A stretch of 33,892 nt of DNA from Promethearchaeota archaeon Loki_b32 (lineage in GTDB: Archaea > Asgardarchaeota > Lokiarchaeia > Sigyniarchaeales > SOKP01), in the NCBI GenBank assembly GCA_005223125.1, contig NJBH01000038.1, positions 1 to 33,892 on the forward strand, given 5' to 3'. Positions 28,401 to 33,892 of the stretch are shown one piece after another. Numbering within the stretch: position 1 is the first letter of the stretch; each line of letters opens with the position of its first letter. Made by a program: the position numbers and the translations under genes. The notes under the pieces were generated by a model. The model had not been told where the DNA came from, did not search any database, and saw only the letters and a program-made list of their open reading frames with translations.

Positions 28401-28443
28401 AATTTAACTTAGATTAGCAAAATTTACTTAGATTAACAAATTT
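28401..28443. repeat. ~20-bp tandem direct repeat upstream of ATPase-nuclease operon
   Basis: aatttaacttagattagcaa (28401-28420) followed by aatttacttagattaacaa (28421-28439). Confidence 0.6.
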
Positions 28444-28557
28444 GAGGTCCATATTTTTTTATAAAGTCAATTTCATTCATAACAAGATACTATAAAATTA
28501 AATATTAAAGAATCAAATAAATCATAAAACGATTAATCCTTTTGTAGTGCAGATCTT

Positions 28558-30753
28558 TTGAAGCTAAAAAAAAAATATGAAGAATTGAAAGATGATTTAT
28601 TAAATGTTTATAAAGAGACTTCTTCTCGTATATTAAATATCTTAGAGACTCCCGGTTCGACAATAATAAAAGCTACTGACTTGGAAAGTAATGGTAAAGT
28701 ACCTTTAGAGAAGATTCTTATACTTTCTAAGAATATGAGACAAGCTATTGAAAAGTTTAATAAGACTATAAAGAATATAGGCTTTGCTGATACCCCTGAA
28801 ACAGGCTCACTTTTTTATATTGCAGAATATGGAGGATCTAAGACTCAATTTATTGAATTAATAAACAGTATTATCAATGATAATAAAGAGAGAAGTATAG
28901 CACCTTTTAATAGAGTAATTCCAATTGTATTTAATGGTATCATAGATTTATCTGCGACCTACTTAGGAGAACAAATCGAACAACAGACGGCAAAGATTTT
29001 ATCAAGAGAATTGGATCGCCTTGAAAGAGAACGCAAAACACCTTCAGAGATTCGCGCATTTGAGAGTTTCTTAAACCTACTTGTAGAGTTTAGAAAGGTA
29101 AAGAATGCTCCAGAACACTTAGAGAGAATCCATTCTTTATTAACTGATGTTGAGAGAACCAGTCATGGTTCTGTTGGATTGGGTTTAAAGATTTCTAAAA
29201 TTCGAAATGAACTTTCACAACTCCCCTTGATTGATGAAGAGAAATTATTCAATATAGTTTTTGAAATAATGAAGTTTGCTTCACGTTACAATGTAGTTTT
29301 TATCTTCTTCTTTGATGAATGTGATGAATGGTTAGCAAAAGGTGAACAAGAGTCTATTTGGGATCAGAATTTCATAAAAAGGCAATACTTTTTTAGAAAA
29401 CTATATGATTCCATTTCTGAATTAAGGCTCTATCAAATCTATTGTTTTACTCCTAGAATTCATGAAGCTTTGAGAAGTGAAAAAAGTGATAGAGTTCCTG
29501 GTATACATCGATTATCATCTGATTTAACAAAATATATTTCTTCATCCAGTTCACACTCTTTAATTAGAGAAGAAGGCATTTATCAAGCGAATGAAGCAAC
29601 TGAAGCGGTTCTTAAATGGTTAATTCTATTGGAAAAATCTGTTCATTTGGCAGATCCTACGATATTCGACTCGTTTTTAGATAAATTAATAAATAAAATA
29701 GATAATAAATTATCTCGAAGGAAGGCAAATGGGACTATAATAGCTGCTATCAGAGCCTATATACAATTAGCAGAGTATATTAAATATGGTCAGAATCAAT
29801 ACGATTCCGCTATGAAAACACCCGCTCATCAATTGGCTATTGGGAAGATAATCGAGGATACTTTTTCAAGTTACCTGAATTTCTTAAACTTTAGTTTTGA
29901 AAAGAAACATCATGGAGTTGGTGGAGGAAAATCAGTTGATGGCAGGTTCTCTATGGGTGTAAAAGGGAGAGAATTTGATCTCTATGCTGAAATTAAATCT
30001 TTTAATAAACCTGAGTCTTTTGAAAAGGGAAAGGCAGATCAGGTGATTAACTGTGTTCAGAATTTACATCAAAAAGTAATATTCTTCTTGTTCTGTCATG
30101 GCTTGACTAGCGAATTTGTGAAGGATAAATTTTATGGATGGAGGTTCCATGGATTGATATCTTCTGATACAGACTTAGAATTAATTATTCCTATTATTAT
30201 CAACGATCAGACTCTTTTAAATTGTCTTGTTGGCTTTGAGAAAATACCATCTTATCAACTTCCTGAAAAATTTGATAACTTTGATATTCTTGTAAGATTA
30301 TTAGCAAAAGATTTTCATGGTAAATTAATGAATCTGTTTCCTGTTCCTGTAAAAGAACCCGAGATCCCTTTTGAAGCTCCTGAGGTAAAGGAAGCTGAGG
30401 AGGAAGTTCCTTCTTATGATGATACTTATAGGAAATTATTGAGGAAAATGAAGACCTATGATGATACTACAATCAGAACTGCTGTTGATGTGATTACTTC
30501 TTTAGGTACGAATAAAAAAGTGTATACATTTAGAAAAGAACATATTCTAAAAAACAATATATCTTCCTTATTAAAAGATTCATTTGATGATGCTATTGCC
30601 CTCTTGAAAAGAATTAATGTTATTAAAGAATCAACGAGCGGCGTTCACTTCAATTGGGACATATTTGAGAAATCTGATATTAAAACTGATCAGGAAGGAT
30701 TAATGATTGAAATCTTTAAAGAGTTCTTAAAGAAAATTCAAGATTATGAGTGA
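28558..30753 (+). CDS. AAA+-like P-loop ATPase fused to PD-(D/E)xK nuclease and probable C-terminal winged helix
   Basis: Variant Walker A AEYGGSKT (28822-28845), Walker B FIFFFDECDE, YCFTP and IHRL. Nuclease pattern GKIIE...SVDG...AEIK (~29843-29997), then a Pro/Glu linker and a helical C-terminal domain. Confidence 0.7.
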   Translation: MKLKKKYEELKDDLLNVYKETSSRILNILETPGSTIIKATDLESNGKVPLEKILILSKNMRQAIEKFNKTIKNIGFADTPETGSLFYIAEYGGSKTQFIELINSIINDNKERSIAPFNRVIPIVFNGIIDLSATYLGEQIEQQTAKILSRELDRLERERKTPSEIRAFESFLNLLVEFRKVKNAPEHLERIHSLLTDVERTSHGSVGLGLKISKIRNELSQLPLIDEEKLFNIVFEIMKFASRYNVVFIFFFDECDEWLAKGEQESIWDQNFIKRQYFFRKLYDSISELRLYQIYCFTPRIHEALRSEKSDRVPGIHRLSSDLTKYISSSSSHSLIREEGIYQANEATEAVLKWLILLEKSVHLADPTIFDSFLDKLINKIDNKLSRRKANGTIIAAIRAYIQLAEYIKYGQNQYDSAMKTPAHQLAIGKIIEDTFSSYLNFLNFSFEKKHHGVGGGKSVDGRFSMGVKGREFDLYAEIKSFNKPESFEKGKADQVINCVQNLHQKVIFFLFCHGLTSEFVKDKFYGWRFHGLISSDTDLELIIPIIINDQTLLNCLVGFEKIPSYQLPEKFDNFDILVRLLAKDFHGKLMNLFPVPVKEPEIPFEAPEVKEAEEEVPSYDDTYRKLLRKMKTYDDTTIRTAVDVITSLGTNKKVYTFRKEHILKNNISSLLKDSFDDAIALLKRINVIKESTSGVHFNWDIFEKSDIKTDQEGLMIEIFKEFLKKIQDYE

Positions 30754-30762
30754 TGATAAAAG

Positions 30763-31353
30763 ATGGCACTTGAATTAAATTCTAGCCGGATTAAATTTGG
30801 AGATCTTTTAACCTTAGTAGATGAAGCTATTAATTCCGGAAAAAGTATACAGATAAAAAGAAATATGATATCTCAGGATAATAATAATATGAAATTTATT
30901 AGGTGGCTCGAAAAGCACAGAATTATTTCGCTTACCCCAATTGGAGTTGAAGCCCCTAAAAAGATATTAATAAAATCACGTAGTAGAAAAGTTGAGATTT
31001 CACTTCAATTAAAAGCATTAAATTTGCCAATAAAAGAGATTGCGAGGGAATTCAATGTAAAAGTAGCTACTGCTCAAGGATATTTAAAAGAATTTGATAG
31101 TATAACTGAAGATTATATAAAGATTTTAAAGTTTATTTTAGATCTGAAAGGCATTACCCTAGATACAAATATCACCGAATTTCCCTCATTTCCCATCAGA
31201 GTTAGTATTGGAATTCTTAAAGGTAAATTACCACAAAATGAATTTGAACAAGTAGTTTCAATTTCAGAACAGAATAGATATATTAAGAAAATAACAGGTC
31301 AGAAATTAGGGACAACTGATCTTTCTATTCTATTACCTAAAAAATCAAAATAG
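30763..31353 (+). CDS. HTH-containing protein
   Basis: LPIKEIAREFNVKVATAQGYL helix-turn-helix. Starts 9 nt after the ATPase stop. Confidence 0.7.
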   Translation: MALELNSSRIKFGDLLTLVDEAINSGKSIQIKRNMISQDNNNMKFIRWLEKHRIISLTPIGVEAPKKILIKSRSRKVEISLQLKALNLPIKEIAREFNVKVATAQGYLKEFDSITEDYIKILKFILDLKGITLDTNITEFPSFPIRVSIGILKGKLPQNEFEQVVSISEQNRYIKKITGQKLGTTDLSILLPKKSK

Positions 31354-31372
31354 AAAATCAAAGGTGAATTAT

Positions 31373-31771
31373 ATGACAATAACAATTAAGGAAATAATTA
31401 AAAGTGTATTTCATGCCATGAACAGTCAAGGGATTTCTTTATCGGAATCTGATTATATTCTAATTGAAGAGAAAGCGAATAAGATTATTGAAGATCTAAT
31501 GGAGTCGTATGAGAAAGGAGATAATATGTATACAAGATTTTCTGTAACAATTCCTTGTGATATAACACAAGCTTCATTTCGAAACAAAACAGTAAGAGAA
31601 TTTATAAAAGCCATAGATCCTACAGTAGAGATGGAATTTGAGTTAAGTAATAAAGCATTAACTTTAGTGGATAGTTATGATGTTTTTTGTGGGGAGATAA
31701 GTACCTTCCCATGCCATATGACTGTTAGTGAGAAGAAAAGACCTTATTCTTACAATTTTGAAGAAAGCTGA
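31373..31771 (+). CDS. Hypothetical protein, third gene of operon
   Basis: AGGTGA (31362-31367) then ATG31373. The track start GTG31364 lies inside the RBS. Confidence 0.7.
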   Translation: MTITIKEIIKSVFHAMNSQGISLSESDYILIEEKANKIIEDLMESYEKGDNMYTRFSVTIPCDITQASFRNKTVREFIKAIDPTVEMEFELSNKALTLVDSYDVFCGEISTFPCHMTVSEKKRPYSYNFEES

Positions 31772-31810
31772 CTTGAATAAAATCTGAAAAATTAGATCCA
31801 ATTCTAAATT

Positions 31811-31939
31811 TGAATATATTTCGTTCGCTTCTCCTCTTCTCTCTATAGAGCTTTTCCCGTATAGTGTATCCCGTGAAAAACTTTGAATGCTGACTTGAAT
31901 TTCAATATCTTTGAATTGGAATGTGAGTATTCTTGGCAT
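31811..31939 (-). pseudogene. Probable 5' fragment of a truncated gene
   Basis: MPRILTFQFKDIEIQVSIQSFSRDTLYGKSSIERRGEANEIYS is protein-like. The rest of track ORF 31664-31939 runs antisense into the convergent operon. Confidence 0.45.
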
Positions 31940-31958
31940 TTCTCATTTCTAATTTTCT

Positions 31959-32090
31959 TTAATCCTTTTCTTTCATTTCTTTTCCACAGCATATGAGAGT
32001 AGGACATTTTGGATCTGCTACAGGCTTTTTGATAACTTTTTCCTCAGCCCCACACATCTCACAAACATATGTTTTGCCTTCAATAACCAT
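31959..32090 (-). CDS. Desulforedoxin-like small metal-binding protein (43 aa), not in ORF track
   Basis: MVIEGKTYVCEMCGAEEKVIKKPVADPKCPTLICCGKEMKEKD* has the Y.CxxCG...L.CCG..M signature. AGGTGA RBS. Confidence 0.85.
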   Translation of the reverse strand: MVIEGKTYVCEMCGAEEKVIKKPVADPKCPTLICCGKEMKEKD

Positions 32091-32132
32091 TTTATTCACC
32101 TCAGGTTATTTCGCTTTATTAGAAATTTAACT

Positions 32133-32267
32133 TTATTTCTTTTTTTTCCATTCTTGGAATCCTTTAGTTAATTTACCGCAGTGAATTGCGTTTTTTCCAG
32201 TTTCTTCTTTATATTGCTCTTTTAAGGATTCAAGTTTAGGATTTCCTTCTGCTTTTTTTTTTGCCAT
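32133..32267 (-). CDS. Small basic protein (44 aa), not in ORF track
   Basis: MAKKKAEGNPKLESLKEQYKEETGKNAIHCGKLTKGFQEWKKKK*. AGGTGA RBS at 32275-32280. Confidence 0.7.
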   Translation of the reverse strand: MAKKKAEGNPKLESLKEQYKEETGKNAIHCGKLTKGFQEWKKKK

Positions 32268-32611
32268 TTTCTAATCACCTATTATTCTTTAATTATTTTA
32301 AAATTATTTTTTTTTCTAATATTAACTTATTTTTGTTAATATTTTAATGATTTTTTTGTTTCCGTATCAGATAAAAAAAAAAATTTATTTTGTCTAGAAG
32401 TGTGAATTCTTTTTTAGCGGAATCGCATTTTTATACAACAAACATTCAACCCTAAACATTTTTCATCTTCTGCTTTAATATGATAACATGAGCCTTTAAC
32501 TTCAAAAAAACAATCATTTGAATCTTTAATGATGTATTTCTGAGTGCTCTTTGTGGAATACGATTTACTTATATCTATATCTTTTAGTTCCATTTGAAAG
32601 AATTTAATGCA

Positions 32612-33739
32612 TTAGATCTTTTTGCCTACTTTTTCGAATTCTTTAAAGTTCACCATATCTTTTTTCTCGATCTTCATCGCTATAAAAGCACTTAAGATAC
32701 TAATTCCTGCTTTCACAGATGCACGTATTCCTAATTTATTGTGCATAGTTTTAAGTAACCACCCAAGGATGATGTTAAATGCTACTACAGCAACCCAGAT
32801 TGTAAAATAAACATTTAACTGGTCGATGAAGAGCACGAGTAGAACATTATGTCCAAGAAAAATAGTAAATGAGTAATAAGAATAGAAATAGAGAAATCTA
32901 TAGCTCTTTTTTGTTTTAATTAATTCTAATATTTCTATCACGATAAGTACCGCTAGCGTAGCTATTATTATACCTAATGCATAAAGAACGGATGATATGG
33001 AATTAAACGTTATAAAATTAGGAAAGAAGAACAATATTCCAAAAATAAATACAGATATACCAATAAAGAAGGAATATATAATTGCTCTATTTGTAAATAA
33101 AAATTCTTTTTTCTTATGATTATTAGCATTTCTCAAGTCAAAAATATATTCTCCTATAACAGAACCAATAAGTACAATTCCGTAATAGTTTAAGATAACA
33201 TACGTTTCTATGGGATTAAATAGTACATGATAAACAATCCCTAAAATACTAGATTGTCCACTATAAGGTGAAAGCATTGTCAATAAGATTTGGTTTAGAA
33301 TGATGGCTATTATCGCTACACTTACTCTAAATATTTTAGTCGTTTTTAGTAAAGGCCACGCTAACAATAGTGATATTGCAATTGTTTGTAACGCATACCA
33401 ACTCCATATATCTGCTAGATCACCCCCACCAAATACCATAGCAACGCCAAAGTTGAAAAAAAGTGCTATTATTAATATGAAAAATGCTCTCAAGAGATAG
33501 ATATTTCTCATAGTGTTCATAAGCACTTTCTGGGTTTGTTGATTATTTTTATAAGCTAATGTTGCACTTACCCCTGATATAAAGAGAAAACCTGTAGCAC
33601 CAATAGGCGCAAGAAATGCATACAACCAGTATTTAAGCCAAAAATCTTCTGATCTTATCCAGAACTGAAGCATGTGTCCATATACCATAATCCAAATAGA
33701 AAAACCCCGTAGTACATCAACACTCTTTATCCGCTGCAA
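32612..33739 (-). CDS. DUF1624 / HGSNAT-like membrane acyltransferase-family protein
   Basis: RIKSVDVLRGFSIWIMVYGH, FLFISGVS, LQTIAIS, YSFTIFLGH, and about ten TM helices. Confidence 0.85.
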   Translation of the reverse strand: MQRIKSVDVLRGFSIWIMVYGHMLQFWIRSEDFWLKYWLYAFLAPIGATGFLFISGVSATLAYKNNQQTQKVLMNTMRNIYLLRAFFILIIALFFNFGVAMVFGGGDLADIWSWYALQTIAISLLLAWPLLKTTKIFRVSVAIIAIILNQILLTMLSPYSGQSSILGIVYHVLFNPIETYVILNYYGIVLIGSVIGEYIFDLRNANNHKKKEFLFTNRAIIYSFFIGISVFIFGILFFFPNFITFNSISSVLYALGIIIATLAVLIVIEILELIKTKKSYRFLYFYSYYSFTIFLGHNVLLVLFIDQLNVYFTIWVAVVAFNIILGWLLKTMHNKLGIRASVKAGISILSAFIAMKIEKKDMVNFKEFEKVGKKI

Positions 33740-33892
33740 TTTCCTAAAAAATGGTATTTATTTTTTATATTTTAAATTGTCAAAGAAATAAAAAATATTT
33801 GAGACAAACAGATAATAACTCTAGGCATTTTTCTTATAACTCTTTATTTCTTAAAGCCTACATACTTTACCCATGAGCTACTTACCATAGCT

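Noticed and set aside
28558-30753. Calling the ATPase brxD or cdc6/orc1
   Set aside because: Only general motif resemblance. The embedded nuclease domain, variant Walker A and lack of BREX partners or ORB elements argue against assigning either symbol.
10704-33500. Other short overlapping ORFs (10704, 12588, 13668, 13697, 14220, 14332, 17568, 23911, 23918, 24363, 25446, 27280, 32622, 33300)
   Set aside because: Opposite-strand shadows of better-supported genes with no independent evidence.

Overview
Very AT-rich archaeal DNA, most likely from an Asgard archaeon of the Lokiarchaeia/Promethearchaeota type. This is an inference from a Rab-like small GTPase, a Loki-CTERM-like sorting tail, AGGTG(A) ribosome-binding sites, TTTAAAT TATA-like boxes and frequent TTG/GTG starts. 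Bases 1-11.4 kb hold intact genes: a MarR-linked flavin reductase/DUF3795/PNPOx operon, an NfeD-flotillin-beta-carbonic anhydrase cluster, an RHH regulator, an ATC-hydrolase-like protein and a 2x wHTH-TPR protein. Bases ~11.5-31.9 kb look like a plasticity/defence zone. It contains a truncated C5 DNA methyltransferase, a tyrosine-recombinase C-terminal remnant, a chimeric membrane/half radical-SAM ORF, an Abi/HEPN-like gene inside a ~90 bp direct-repeat-bounded module and a TcmP + radical SAM pair. It also holds a tight three-gene operon led by an AAA+-like ATPase fused to a PD-(D/E)xK nuclease and a probable wHTH, the best candidate here for an undescribed system. Three genes appear to start at ATA codons placed 6-7 nt after an AGGTG Shine-Dalgarno motif. 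No rRNA, tRNA or CRISPR array was recognised. All family calls come from motif recognition by eye; no database searches were run.
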